A stretch of DNA of 64,000 bases. Source: Dehalococcoidia bacterium. GTDB lineage: Bacteria; Chloroflexota; Dehalococcoidia; Bin125. A program made the position numbers and the translations under genes. Position 1 is the first letter of the stretch, and every line of letters starts with the position of its first letter. Positions 10,256-19,983 of the stretch are shown here, in pieces. Location of the stretch: positions 736,001-800,000 of the forward strand of contig CAXXNO010000004.1 of NCBI GenBank assembly GCA_963663235.2. The letters run 5' to 3'. A model generated the notes under the pieces. That model made no database searches, was not told the DNA's origin, and saw nothing but the letters and a program-made list of their open reading frames with translations.

Positions 10256-11083
10256 ATGGCGCGCGCGCTGGCAGGCGCACTCAAGGCGCGGCGGAAGGCG
10301 CCTTCCTGGCTCGGCTCCCCCGTCCCCGCGGTGGAGTTTCTGACCGTGCTGCGCTGGCGGCGGGCACCGTTGCACGCGAGCGACGCGGTTGCGCGCGCCC
10401 TCTGGGCGTTTCCGGTGGTCGGTCTGGTGATCGGATTGGCGATCTTCGGCGTCGAACGGGCGGGCCGCGAGTTTTTGCCAGCGCCGGGGGTCGCGGTGGT
10501 CGTGCTCATAGCGTGGGTCGTGGTGACCGGCGGGCTGCACCTGGACGGTCTGGCCGACGCCGCCGACGGACTGTTCGGCGGGCGCACCCGCGAGCAGCGG
10601 CTGACGATCATGCACGACGTCCGGACCGGGACCTGGGGAACGATCGCGGTATCACTGGCGCTGCTATCGAAGTTCGCCTTCGTGCTGGCGCTTCCGGAGG
10701 GCGGGCGGTTCGGAGCGCTGCTGCTTGCGCCGGTGGTCGGTCGTGGCCTGGTGGTGGGGGCCATGGCGGCGGCCCCGTATGCCCGTCCGGACGGGTTCGG
10801 GCGCGACCTGCATCGGACGGCCCGCTGGGCGCCAGCGCTACTCGCGGGCGCCGCGGTGCTAGGGACGGCGGTGTTCGCGTTTGGCCCCGGCACCATCATC
10901 GCGGCGCTCGCCGCGGCCGTCGTCACAGCCGCCGTCGTCGTCTACGCGCAGCGCCGGTTGGGCGGACTCACAGGCGACGTCGACGGCGCCCTGATCGAAG
11001 TCACCGAGATCGCGACGCTGCTGGCGATCAGCGCGGCGCTGGAGCGAGACTGGCTGAGCGCCTATGTCTGGGACGGCGGATAG
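10256..11083 (+). CDS. cobS: Adenosylcobinamide-GDP ribazoletransferase (cobalamin synthase)
   Basis: FLT, TGGLHLDGLAD.ADG, IM.D.R.G, GGLTGDV.GA..E; hydrophobic. Confidence 0.93.
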   Translation: MARALAGALKARRKAPSWLGSPVPAVEFLTVLRWRRAPLHASDAVARALWAFPVVGLVIGLAIFGVERAGREFLPAPGVAVVVLIAWVVVTGGLHLDGLADAADGLFGGRTREQRLTIMHDVRTGTWGTIAVSLALLSKFAFVLALPEGGRFGALLLAPVVGRGLVVGAMAAAPYARPDGFGRDLHRTARWAPALLAGAAVLGTAVFAFGPGTIIAALAAAVVTAAVVVYAQRRLGGLTGDVDGALIEVTEIATLLAISAALERDWLSAYVWDGG

Positions 11084-11092
11084 CAGGGGGCC

Positions 11093-11662
11093 ATGGCGGC
11101 AATCTGGCTGATCACCGGCGGCGTGCGCGCCGGCAAGAGCCGCCTCGCCGCGCGCCTGGCGGCGGAGAGTCGGGGGCCGGTCACGTACATCGCCACCGCC
11201 GAGGCGGGCGACGAGGAGATGCGCGCCCGGATCGCCGCGCATCGACGGGAGCGCCCCGAGGAATGGACGACGATCGAAGAGGCGCAGCGACTGGAGAGCG
11301 CGCTGAGGCGGGCGCCCGCCGGAACCGTCGTGGTGGACTGCCTAACGATTTGGGTCAGCAACCGCCTTCTGGCGCTGCAGCCCGACGGGTCCGCGAGCGT
11401 CGCCGACCTGAGCGCCGCGCAGCGGGTCATCGACGACGAGGTGGAGGCGGTGTTGGGCGTCGCGGCCGCGCGGGAGGGTCGTGTAGTAGTAGTGACGAAC
11501 GAGGTCGGGCAAGGGCTGATCGCCGAGTCTGTCATCGGGCGCGGGTACGTCGACACGCTGGGCCGCGTCAACCAGCGCGTCGCCGCGGCGGCCGAGCGCG
11601 TCTATCTCTGCGTCGCAGGCCTGGCCCTGGAACTCAAGTCGAGCGGGGCGGAGCCGATCTAG
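11093..11662 (+). CDS. cobU: Bifunctional adenosylcobinamide kinase/guanylyltransferase
   Basis: ITGGVRAGKS, YIATA, DEEM..RI..H...RP..W.T.E, VDCLT.W, VTNEVG.G, LGRVNQ. Confidence 0.95.
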   Translation: MAAIWLITGGVRAGKSRLAARLAAESRGPVTYIATAEAGDEEMRARIAAHRRERPEEWTTIEEAQRLESALRRAPAGTVVVDCLTIWVSNRLLALQPDGSASVADLSAAQRVIDDEVEAVLGVAAAREGRVVVVTNEVGQGLIAESVIGRGYVDTLGRVNQRVAAAAERVYLCVAGLALELKSSGAEPI

Positions 11663-12444
11663 TGGGGCTTCACGGCGCGGAAGGTCACGCCGCGAGTATC
11701 GAACTCCTTGGCGTCGGATTCGTGCTTGGAGCCGGAGAACACATCGATCTGCGGTCCCCACTCCAGGCCGACGAATCCCGCGTGATCCAGCACCCAACGC
11801 CACTCTGCTTCCAACAGAGCGCCGGCAATTCAGCCGGACCAAAGTTCGATGTCGTCCTTGGCGTCCTGCGGGAGCTCCTGGTGGACCAGGATGTCCGCGA
11901 TCTGGATGTGGCCGCCGGGCTTGAGGACGCGCGCGATCTCGCCCATCACGGCGACCTTGTCCGGACAGAGATTGATGACGCCGTTGCTGATGACCACATC
12001 CACGGACGCGTCCTCGGCCGGCAGATCCTCGGCGAAGCCCTCCCGCAGCTCGACATTCCGCAGACCGAGCGTCGCCGCTCCAGCGCGGGCCTTGTCCAGC
12101 ATCGCCGGGGTCATGTCCACGCCGATCACGCGCCCCGCCTGCCCCACCTGTCGAGCAGCCAGCAGGGTGTCGAGCCCCGCGCCGCAGCCAAGGTCCAGGA
12201 CCACGGCGCCCTCGGCAAGCCGGCCTATGGCCAGTGGGTTCCCGGTCCCCGCGAAGGACTCAACGGTCGCGGCCGGGAGTGAGTCGATGGCCGCGGAGTC
12301 GTAGCCGAGCATGGCGGTCAACGGCAGCCCAGTGTGGAAGTGGAAGCCCTGTTCGGGCTCCGTGGCCACGTCCGTGTACTTGTCCTGAATATTGCCGCGC
12401 AGCACGTCGCGGGAGACGGCAGCGGGTTTTACCAACTGGACCAT
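11659..12444 (-). CDS. ArsM-like SAM-dependent methyltransferase, probable selenoprotein (UGA at 11830-11832 read as Sec)
   Basis: LDLGCGAG.D, GVDMT..ML, ISNGVINL.PDK. After WSG-TGA the frame continues IAGALLEAEW...VTFRAVKPH-TAG. A hairpin lies 8 nt after the UGA. Confidence 0.85.
11801..11821 (-). promoter_or_regulatory. SECIS-like hairpin
   Basis: mRNA CGCUCUGU-UGGAA-GCAGAGUG, 8 nt downstream of the in-frame UGA. Confidence 0.65.
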
Positions 12445-12514
12445 TGGATCCCTCCCCGATCACCTCTTGTCGAGCGATTATCGCACGTGTCATCCGGCCC
12501 GCGCGGGAGATCGG

Positions 12515-13756
12515 TCACAGCCAGCGCCAGAGCCAGCGCTGTCCCTGGGCCGTGCGCTGCCACAGATCCATGGCGCGAAACGCCTGGGCGGAGACGCTGG
12601 GCCGCGCGGCGATGGCAGCCAGCCAGGCCTTTTCGAACAGCACCTTATTCATGTGCCAGGAGCGCGTCGGTGGCTCCAGAGTCATGGCCGGCTCCGGATC
12701 CTGGAGGAAGTTGCCGCTGCCGTACGCGGCCTTACCGCCGCCGATTTCCACGAAGCAGGCGCCCCAGCCGCCGAACTCCGCTGCCGCCTCTTTGCCCTCA
12801 ATCTCGGCCGCGATCCGCCGGGCGACGACCGCGGCTTCCTCATGGGCGAAGACGCCGGCCTTGGGCAGCATCATGCCGTTGGAGAGCTTGATCGCCGCTA
12901 CATCACCGATGGCGTAGACGTTGTCGGCGCCCGTGCGGAGCGTTCTTGCGTCCACCGGGATCCAGCCGCCGGCGCCAGCCAGCGACGATTCGCCGACAGG
13001 CGTGGGGCTGCGGTGCGCGGGGACGTAGACGAGGAGATCGAACCCGGCCCGGCTGCCGTCCTGGAACTCCAGTTGACGGCTCTGCGGATCGACGTTGGCC
13101 AGCTTTGCGTCGAGTGTATAGGCGATGCGGCGTTCTTCCAAGATGCTTTGAAGCGCCTGCCCGACGGCGGGCCCGGCGACGGGCATCGGCTGGGGCTCCG
13201 GAGTGAACAGGGAAAGAGTGACGCGATCGCGAACGCCGCGCTTGCGGAACCCGGTGTCGAGCAAGAGCGCGGTCTCATACGGAGCCGCCGGGCACCTAAA
13301 CGGGAGGTCGGCGATTACGACCGCTACCGAGCCGCCGTCCAGTTCCCGCCATGCCGAGTGAAGCCGCTGCGCGCCGTCCAGCGTGTAGGGCGTCAGCCCC
13401 GCCGCCGCGAGCGCCGGGGTCTCATCGGTAGCGAGGGCAGCGCCGAGCGCGACGACCAGGTAGTCGTATGACAGCGAGCCGTTGTCCGTCCGGATAGTGC
13501 GGCCTGAAGGGTCGATGGCCTCGACGGCGGCTTGGCGGAACTCGATGCCTTTCTCGCGCAGTGGCGACAACGAGCGCGTGATCTGGGCCGGCTTCCGCCA
13601 GCCCATCATGACCCACAAGTAGGACGCTTGGAACCGGTGCTCGGCTTCGCGGTCGACGAGGACGATGCGGTGCCGGCGCTCCAGTCTCCGCCGTAATTCA
13701 TGAGCGGCGACCAGACCGCCGATCCCCGCCCCCAAGATGACGACCGTTGCGGCCAC
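12515..13756 (-). CDS. Sulfide:quinone oxidoreductase-like NAD(P)/FAD-dependent oxidoreductase
   Basis: GAGIGG, YDYLVVALGA, FRCPAAPYE, YAIGDVA, LPKAGVFA, GACFVEIGGG. Confidence 0.82.
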   Translation of the reverse strand: MAATVVILGAGIGGLVAAHELRRRLERRHRIVLVDREAEHRFQASYLWVMMGWRKPAQITRSLSPLREKGIEFRQAAVEAIDPSGRTIRTDNGSLSYDYLVVALGAALATDETPALAAAGLTPYTLDGAQRLHSAWRELDGGSVAVVIADLPFRCPAAPYETALLLDTGFRKRGVRDRVTLSLFTPEPQPMPVAGPAVGQALQSILEERRIAYTLDAKLANVDPQSRQLEFQDGSRAGFDLLVYVPAHRSPTPVGESSLAGAGGWIPVDARTLRTGADNVYAIGDVAAIKLSNGMMLPKAGVFAHEEAAVVARRIAAEIEGKEAAAEFGGWGACFVEIGGGKAAYGSGNFLQDPEPAMTLEPPTRSWHMNKVLFEKAWLAAIAARPSVSAQAFRAMDLWQRTAQGQRWLWRWL

Positions 13757-13888
13757 CAGACGTACCTCGTTGCGCAGTTTACGCCGATCGCCTCAAGGCA
13801 CGTCTTTGGGCTTCGGAGATCGCGCCGAGGTTCGTTGCCCGGTCGCGCGTCCGGCCTTTGCCCCCACTTCGGCGCTGCGCCCCGCGGC

Positions 13889-15181
13889 TCAGCCGGCGCG
13901 GCCGAACGCGCCCAGGGCCCCGAGGAGCACGCCCCGAGCAGCCGCGGTTCCGGGCTCGCGGCGCAGCTGTTCCAGGATGCCCAGGTCGTCGCGCTTGACA
14001 GCGCCGCCCTGCACGACGCCCACCACGCCGGTCTGCGTCAGGCGGATGTCCGCGAGCGGGTCTCCGTCCACGATCACGAAGTCGGCGAGCTTGCCCTCCG
14101 CCACGCTGCCGACCTCATTGTCGATGCGGACGGCGCGGGCGGCGTCGAGCGTACCGCTGGTGATGGCCTGCATGGGGCTCATGCCGCAGCGGACGTGGCA
14201 GTCCAACTCCAGGAGGTTATCGCCGTGGAGGCGGGCTTCGTTGCCGCCGCAGTCCGAGCCCATGGCGATGTTCACGCCCAACTCGACGGCCATGCTGTGG
14301 CGCTGGAAGATCGCCTCTTCATCGTCCTGCATCATGACGGCCCAGGGCATCTCCAGCCCGGCGCCCTTGTGGATAATGTCCACCACGTTGCCGAGCGTCG
14401 GGATGAGGTACGTCCCGTGCTGGATCATGGTGCGGCAGTTCTCCTCCGAGATGTACCAGCCGTGTTCGATGGTTTCCGCGCCGCCGGTCACGAGGTTGTT
14501 GATGCCGTCGTGGCCCATGGCGTGGGCGGCCGTGCGCCGGCCGAGCCGCTTGGCCTCGCCCATAGCGGCGGCGGCCTCCTCAGGGGTGTACTGCGGGCTC
14601 CACCAATCGCCGCAGGTCTCCGGCCCGTCGGAGCTGACGACCTTGACCACGTCCACATTGTTCTCCACCAGATAGCGGACGCGGCGGATGACCGCGTCCA
14701 CGCCGTCGGCGCCGTGGCCCGGCTGCCAGAACGACCCGTGGCCGCCGCTCATCCAGACCCCGGGACCCGCGGCGAGCATGCGGGGCCCCTGAATCTGGCC
14801 CGCGGCCTGCGCCCGCTTCATGGCGACATCGATGAAGTCGCGGGCGCCGATCTCTCGCGCCGAGGTGACGCCGACGTGCAGCGTCTTGGCAGCGGCCTCC
14901 ACGGAGTCGAGCACGGCTTTGATAATCGGGTCGCCGATCTTGAAGCTGGTGTACTCATCGCCGTGGCCGATCTGGTTGTCGCCGCCGATCATGTGGTCGT
15001 GCAGGTCGATGAAGCCGGGCAGGAGGGCCCGCCCTTCGAGGTCGACCACAACGTCGGCGGCGAGGTCGCCGCCACGCGTATTAACGGAGGCGATGCGCCC
15101 GTTCTCGACGAGAACGGCGGCGCTGTCGAAGTCGCGTCCGTCGCCGGTGATGAGATGCGCGCGAATGAAGGCCGTAGACAT
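13889..15181 (-). CDS. Metal-dependent amidohydrolase (prolidase/imidazolonepropionase-like)
   Basis: LLPGFIDLHDH, AAHAMG, TIEHG, MGSD.G, G.V..GKLADFVIVDGDPL. Confidence 0.9.
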   Translation of the reverse strand: MSTAFIRAHLITGDGRDFDSAAVLVENGRIASVNTRGGDLAADVVVDLEGRALLPGFIDLHDHMIGGDNQIGHGDEYTSFKIGDPIIKAVLDSVEAAAKTLHVGVTSAREIGARDFIDVAMKRAQAAGQIQGPRMLAAGPGVWMSGGHGSFWQPGHGADGVDAVIRRVRYLVENNVDVVKVVSSDGPETCGDWWSPQYTPEEAAAAMGEAKRLGRRTAAHAMGHDGINNLVTGGAETIEHGWYISEENCRTMIQHGTYLIPTLGNVVDIIHKGAGLEMPWAVMMQDDEEAIFQRHSMAVELGVNIAMGSDCGGNEARLHGDNLLELDCHVRCGMSPMQAITSGTLDAARAVRIDNEVGSVAEGKLADFVIVDGDPLADIRLTQTGVVGVVQGGAVKRDDLGILEQLRREPGTAAARGVLLGALGAFGRAG

Positions 15182-15348
15182 TCCGGATCCTTTCCCAGTC
15201 GCAGTGGCCGAGCGGCACAGAAACGCGCCCGGATTCTAGGTCATGGCGGCGGGTGCAGCTGAGGAGCGTCCGGCGTGGATGGGAGCGTCGGTGCGGCGCG
15301 GGGGTCGCCGCGCGCGAGGCGAGTGGACGGAGAGGGCGCAGGCCCAGC

Positions 15349-16017
15349 TTAGATGGCGGCGGCCTCTTGGCCGGCGGCTCCGTCGTCGGCGAGGACGAGG
15401 TGGCCCAGCTTGGCCCGCTTGGTTTCGAGGTAGCGCAGGCTCTGCGGGTTGGGCGGGGTCAGGAGGGGGAGGCGCTGGGCCACGTGCACGCCGGACGTCT
15501 CCAGAGCCGCGCACTTGGCCGGGTTGTTCGTCAGGAGGCGGACGCGGTCGATGCCGAGATCCCGCAAGATCAGCGCAGCGACGTGATAGTCGCGGGGATC
15601 GGCAGGGAAGCCCAGCGCGTGGTTGGCCTCCACCGTATCGAGGCCGCCGTCCTGGAGAGCGTAGGCGCGGATCTTGTTGAGCAGGCCGATGCCCCGGCCC
15701 TCCTGCGGCATGTAGATCAAGACGCCACCCGCGGACGCCGCGAGATACGCCAGCGCGGCCTCCATCTGGTCGCCGCAGTCGCAGCGGACGGAGCCCAGCA
15801 CATCGCCGGTGACGCACTGCGAATGGAGGCGGACCAAGGCGGGCACCGCGGTCGAAATCTCGCCCGCGCACAGGGCGAGGTAGGCCTCCGGCTCGCCGTC
15901 GGCCTGGTAGGCGGCGACGCGGAAGCGCCCGAAGCGCGTGGGCAGCACGGCCTCGGCCACGCGCGTGACAGTGCGGCTATCGGTCTGGGCCGAGAGCGGC
16001 AGGGTGGGGTTGGGCAC
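15349..16017 (-). CDS. ribA: GTP cyclohydrolase II
   Basis: LPTRFG.F, VRLHSQCVTGDVLGS.RCDCG.Q, QEGRGIGL.NK.RAY.LQD.G.DTVEAN, LLTNNP.K, K..KLGH. GTG start just after the fbiC stop. Confidence 0.93.
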   Translation of the reverse strand: MPNPTLPLSAQTDSRTVTRVAEAVLPTRFGRFRVAAYQADGEPEAYLALCAGEISTAVPALVRLHSQCVTGDVLGSVRCDCGDQMEAALAYLAASAGGVLIYMPQEGRGIGLLNKIRAYALQDGGLDTVEANHALGFPADPRDYHVAALILRDLGIDRVRLLTNNPAKCAALETSGVHVAQRLPLLTPPNPQSLRYLETKRAKLGHLVLADDGAAGQEAAAI

Positions 16018-16024
16018 GGAGCGA

Positions 16025-18532
16025 CTATCGACGCGCAACGCCCACCCCCGAGGAACTGTCAGCCGAACGGACCGGCACCGCGGCGCCCGAGTCCTTCGCA
16101 CGCCGCTCGTAGCGCTTGCTGGGCGTCATCACGATCTGCGTGAGGGGCTCCGCGGCGAGCGACGCCTGCCTGCGCTCCGGAGGAACCGGGCCGTAGAGCG
16201 TCGTGCGCTGGAGCGGTACCCGGCCGACGGATCGGATCAACTCCTCCATCTCCGCGGGCGGGAGCTCCTGGCCGTGCGCGGCGCCAGCGGCGCGGGAGAT
16301 GCTTTCGTTCATGAGGGTGCCGCCGAGGTCGTTCACACCCGCGCGGAGGCAGGCGGCGACGCCCTGCGGCCCCAGCTTCACCCAGGAGGCCTGCACGCTG
16401 CCGAACTCCGGATGGAGGGTCAGCCGCGCGACGGCGTGCATGAGCACCGCCTCGCGGAACGTGGGGCCGCGTCGTGCGCGTCCCTTGAGGTAGACCGGCG
16501 CTTCCATGTGCACGAAGGGGAGGGGGACAAACTCCGTGAAGCCGCCGGTGCGCGCCTGGAGCGCCTTGAGGCGCAGCAAGTGTCGAGCCCAGGAGATGGG
16601 CTGCTCCATGTGGCCGTACATGATCGTGGCCGTGGTGCGGAAGCCGACGGCGTGGGCCGTTTCCATGACCTGCAGCCACTGAGCGGAGTTGATCTTGTCG
16701 GGGCAGAGGGTGGCGCGGACTTCATCGTCCAGGATCTCGGCGGCGGTGCCGGGCAGGGTGCCCAAGCCGACGTCGCGGAGCCGCTGGAGAAAGTCGGAGA
16801 GACTCTCCTTCACCGTCTCCGCCCCCTGCCAAACCTCGAGAGGCGAGAAGGCGTGGACGTGCATGCCGGGGACGGCATCCTTCACGGCGCGGCAGATGTT
16901 CAAGTACGTCTCGCCCGTGTAGTCGGGGTGGATGCCGCCCTGCATGCAGACCTCGGTGGCGCCGCGCAGCCAGGCCTCGCGGGTGCGGCGGACGATCTCC
17001 TCGATGTCCAGGTCGTAGGGAGTGCCGCGGAGATTCTCGCTGAGCTTGCCCTTGGAGAAGGCGCAGAACTGGCAGCGGAAGTAGCAGATGTTGGTGTAGT
17101 TGATGTTGCGGTTCACGACGTAGGTGACGGTGTCGCCGTTGACGCGGCGGCGGAGGTCGTCGGCCGCGTCGCAGACGGCGAAGAAGTCGTCGCCGCGAGC
17201 GCGGAAGAGGCGCACGATATCGGCTTCGTCGAGGGGCGCGCCGGCCGCCGCCTTGTCGAGCAGGCCGCGGACCTGCGGCGTGACGGCGCCGCCAGCGCTC
17301 GACGGCCGACGGTCCGCGATCAGGAGGTCGGAAGGCGGCGCCACCGTGTGGTCGCCGGGTGACCAGGGATCGACGCGGGCGAAGCCGTCGGTGTCGATGG
17401 CGCGGATCACGGGGGTGACGAGGTCGGGGTCGAGCCAGCGGTCCGCGTCGACGGCGTAAGCGGGATAGACGGCAAGGCGCTCGGTGAGCAGCTTGCCGGT
17501 CGTGGCGGTGCGCTGCTGGAGTTCCTGCAAATGGGGCCAGGGCGCCTCGGGGTTCACGTGGTCCGGGGTGACGGGGGAGACGCCGCCCCAGTCGTTGATG
17601 CCCGCGGCGATCAGGCGTGCATAGGCGTCCGGGGTGAGGTTGGGGGGCGCCTGAATGTTCATCTCCGGACCGAAGACGATGCGTGCCACGGCGACCGTCC
17701 ACAGCAGATCGTGGAGGTCCGGTTCGGGCGCGTCCGCCATCTTGGTGTCCGGCTTGGCGCGGAAGTTCTGGACGATGATCTCCTGGATGTGCCCGAACTC
17801 CTGATGCAGATCACGGAGGGCGAGAAGGGAGTCGATGCGCTCGCGGCGGGTCTCGCCGATGCCGATCAAGATCCCGGACGTAAACGGCACCTGCTGCTCG
17901 CCGGCGGCGCGCATCGTTTCCAAACGCAGGGCGGGGCGCTTATCGGGGGAGCCGTGATGCACGCCGCCGGGCCGGCAGAGCCGGTCCGAGAGGCTCTCCA
18001 GCATGATCCCCTGGGAGACGGAGACCGCGCGCAGAGCGGCGATCTCATCGGCGGAGACGACGCCGGGGTTGGCGTGGGGAAACAGACCGGTCTCGCGCAA
18101 GACGAGGCGAGACATGTCCACCAAGTAATCGATGGTGGTGTCATGGCCGAGCGCGGCCAGTTCGGTGCGCGCGACCTTGTAGCGTCGCTCCGGCTTGTCG
18201 CCGAGCGTGAAGAGGGCCTCCTTGCAGCCCGCGGCCGCCCCGGCTTGGGCGATGGCGAGCACTTGGTCCGCGGTGAGATAGGCCCGCTGTCCGCGCTTGG
18301 GTGGCTGGGCGAACGTGCAGTAATGGCAGACGTCCCGGCAGAGTTGCGTGAGCGGGATGAACACCTTGCGCGAGTAAGAGACGACGTTGCCGTGCGCGGT
18401 ATCGCGCAGGCCGGCCGCCACCGGCAAGAGGGCCGCCAGATCGGACTCATCCGCCAAGGCGCGGGCTTGGTGTGGGGTAGGGAGGTGTCCGTCCCGCACG
18501 GCAGCGAGGAGGGACTCCGTTCCAGGCAGCAT
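16025..18532 (-). CDS. fbiC: Bifunctional FO synthase (CofG-CofH fusion)
   Basis: Two radical-SAM motifs (CRDVCHYC; CYFRCQFC), SYSRKVFIPLT, NRNINYTN, PGTAAEILDD. Start uncertain (ORF extends to 18595). Confidence 0.95.
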   Translation of the reverse strand: MLPGTESLLAAVRDGHLPTPHQARALADESDLAALLPVAAGLRDTAHGNVVSYSRKVFIPLTQLCRDVCHYCTFAQPPKRGQRAYLTADQVLAIAQAGAAAGCKEALFTLGDKPERRYKVARTELAALGHDTTIDYLVDMSRLVLRETGLFPHANPGVVSADEIAALRAVSVSQGIMLESLSDRLCRPGGVHHGSPDKRPALRLETMRAAGEQQVPFTSGILIGIGETRRERIDSLLALRDLHQEFGHIQEIIVQNFRAKPDTKMADAPEPDLHDLLWTVAVARIVFGPEMNIQAPPNLTPDAYARLIAAGINDWGGVSPVTPDHVNPEAPWPHLQELQQRTATTGKLLTERLAVYPAYAVDADRWLDPDLVTPVIRAIDTDGFARVDPWSPGDHTVAPPSDLLIADRRPSSAGGAVTPQVRGLLDKAAAGAPLDEADIVRLFRARGDDFFAVCDAADDLRRRVNGDTVTYVVNRNINYTNICYFRCQFCAFSKGKLSENLRGTPYDLDIEEIVRRTREAWLRGATEVCMQGGIHPDYTGETYLNICRAVKDAVPGMHVHAFSPLEVWQGAETVKESLSDFLQRLRDVGLGTLPGTAAEILDDEVRATLCPDKINSAQWLQVMETAHAVGFRTTATIMYGHMEQPISWARHLLRLKALQARTGGFTEFVPLPFVHMEAPVYLKGRARRGPTFREAVLMHAVARLTLHPEFGSVQASWVKLGPQGVAACLRAGVNDLGGTLMNESISRAAGAAHGQELPPAEMEELIRSVGRVPLQRTTLYGPVPPERRQASLAAEPLTQIVMTPSKRYERRAKDSGAAVPVRSADSSSGVGVARR

Positions 18533-18684
18533 CGCGTCGGCTCCATCCTCCGGCCGGCCGCGCCCGGGGCGGCTCGATACGGTTCTGAGTTGCATGCCAA
18601 TAGCTAGTGTTATAGTGGAACGCGGTTGACGAAGGCAAGAGCCCCGGCGACGAGGGGGCCGAGCAGTCGACGGGAGCGAGCGGG

Positions 18685-19110
18685 ATGGCCGAGCGTGAGG
18701 TGCAGTGCCCGATCGCGGCGGCGCTCGATGTCGTTGGGGACCGCTGGACGCTGCTGGTGGTGCGCGATCTGCTGCGGGGCTACACGCGATTCAGCGATCT
18801 ACGGCGGGGCGCGGAGGGGATCGCGCCGAACATCCTCTCGGACCGGCTCAAGCGGCTGGAGCGCGAAGGCATCGTGGAGCGGCGGGTATACGGCGACTAC
18901 CCGCCACGCGCGGAGTATCACCTGACCAAGAAGGGCCATGCCTTGGGCGTGGTGGTGGGGGCTCTTTCGTCCTGGGGGCAAGCGTACGGCGAGCACGACC
19001 TGGCGCTGGTGGACCTGGCCTGCGGCCACGGCGTCGATTTGGTCTACCACTGTCCCACGTGTAAGCGGGAGGCCCCGCGGACGCGGTTGCGGATTGTGCC
19101 TGCGTCGTAG
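18685..19110 (+). CDS. HxlR-family winged-helix transcriptional regulator
   Basis: CPIAAALDVVGDRWTLLVVRDL, LSDRLK.L, EYHLT.KG. Confidence 0.93.
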   Translation: MAEREVQCPIAAALDVVGDRWTLLVVRDLLRGYTRFSDLRRGAEGIAPNILSDRLKRLEREGIVERRVYGDYPPRAEYHLTKKGHALGVVVGALSSWGQAYGEHDLALVDLACGHGVDLVYHCPTCKREAPRTRLRIVPAS

Positions 19111-19148
19111 GGAGCGGGCGGCGCCTTCAGCCAGCGACGGGAGGCGGA

Positions 19149-19916
19149 ATGCGACCGAACACCGTCAAACAGCTCTGGCGGGAGGACAAGCCCACCTTCG
19201 GGGCCTGGCTGACCTGTGGGAGCACGCTGGTCGCGGAGGAGCTGGGGACGGCCGGCTTCGACTGGCTGCTGGTCGACGGCGAACACAGTCCGGCCGACAC
19301 GCAGATGATGGTGTACATGCTCCAGGCGATCTCTATCGGCAAGTCCATCCCCATGGCGCGGGTGCCGTGGAACGACCCGGTGTGGATCAAGCGCGTGCTG
19401 GACGGTGGGGCGTACGGCGTCGTGATCCCCAACGTCAACAGCCGGGCGGAAGCGGAGCAGGCGGTGAATGCCTGCCGCTACCCCCCGGTGGGGCAGCGCG
19501 GCTACGGGCCGTACCGCGGCTGGCTGTACGGTGGACGCGACTACGCGGAGCACGCCAACGACGAGATCGCCTGCATCATCTCGATCGAGACGCCGCAAGC
19601 CGTCGAGCAGGTCGATGCGATCGTGTCGGTAGCGGGCGTCGATGCTGCCATGGTGGGCCCGGGCGACCTGGCGGTGTCGATGGGGATCGCGCCGCAGTGG
19701 AACAACCCCCACCCCGATCACGTGGCCGCCTGCACCACGGTGCTGGAGGCGTGCAAGAAGCACGGCGTCGTCGCCGGCATCTTCACGAGCGGGGCGGAGG
19801 AAGCCGTGCAACGGGCAGCCGCTGGGTGGCGCTTCCTGCCGCTGGGCGTGGACACGCAATACCTCATGCGGGCCGCATTTCGCGACCTGCGTGCCGCGCG
19901 CAAGGGCACCTCATAG
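19149..19916 (+). CDS. HpcH/HpaI aldolase family protein
   Basis: GFDWLLVDGEHS, KRVLD.GA.GV..P, YPP.G.RG, IET..AV, VGPGDL. Confidence 0.9.
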   Translation: MRPNTVKQLWREDKPTFGAWLTCGSTLVAEELGTAGFDWLLVDGEHSPADTQMMVYMLQAISIGKSIPMARVPWNDPVWIKRVLDGGAYGVVIPNVNSRAEAEQAVNACRYPPVGQRGYGPYRGWLYGGRDYAEHANDEIACIISIETPQAVEQVDAIVSVAGVDAAMVGPGDLAVSMGIAPQWNNPHPDHVAACTTVLEACKKHGVVAGIFTSGAEEAVQRAAAGWRFLPLGVDTQYLMRAAFRDLRAARKGTS

Positions 19917-19983
19917 GAGCGCGGGCCGGGCACCCGAACAGACAGCAGACCCGTTCACGGTCCGGCCGCGGCTCCCGCGGAGG

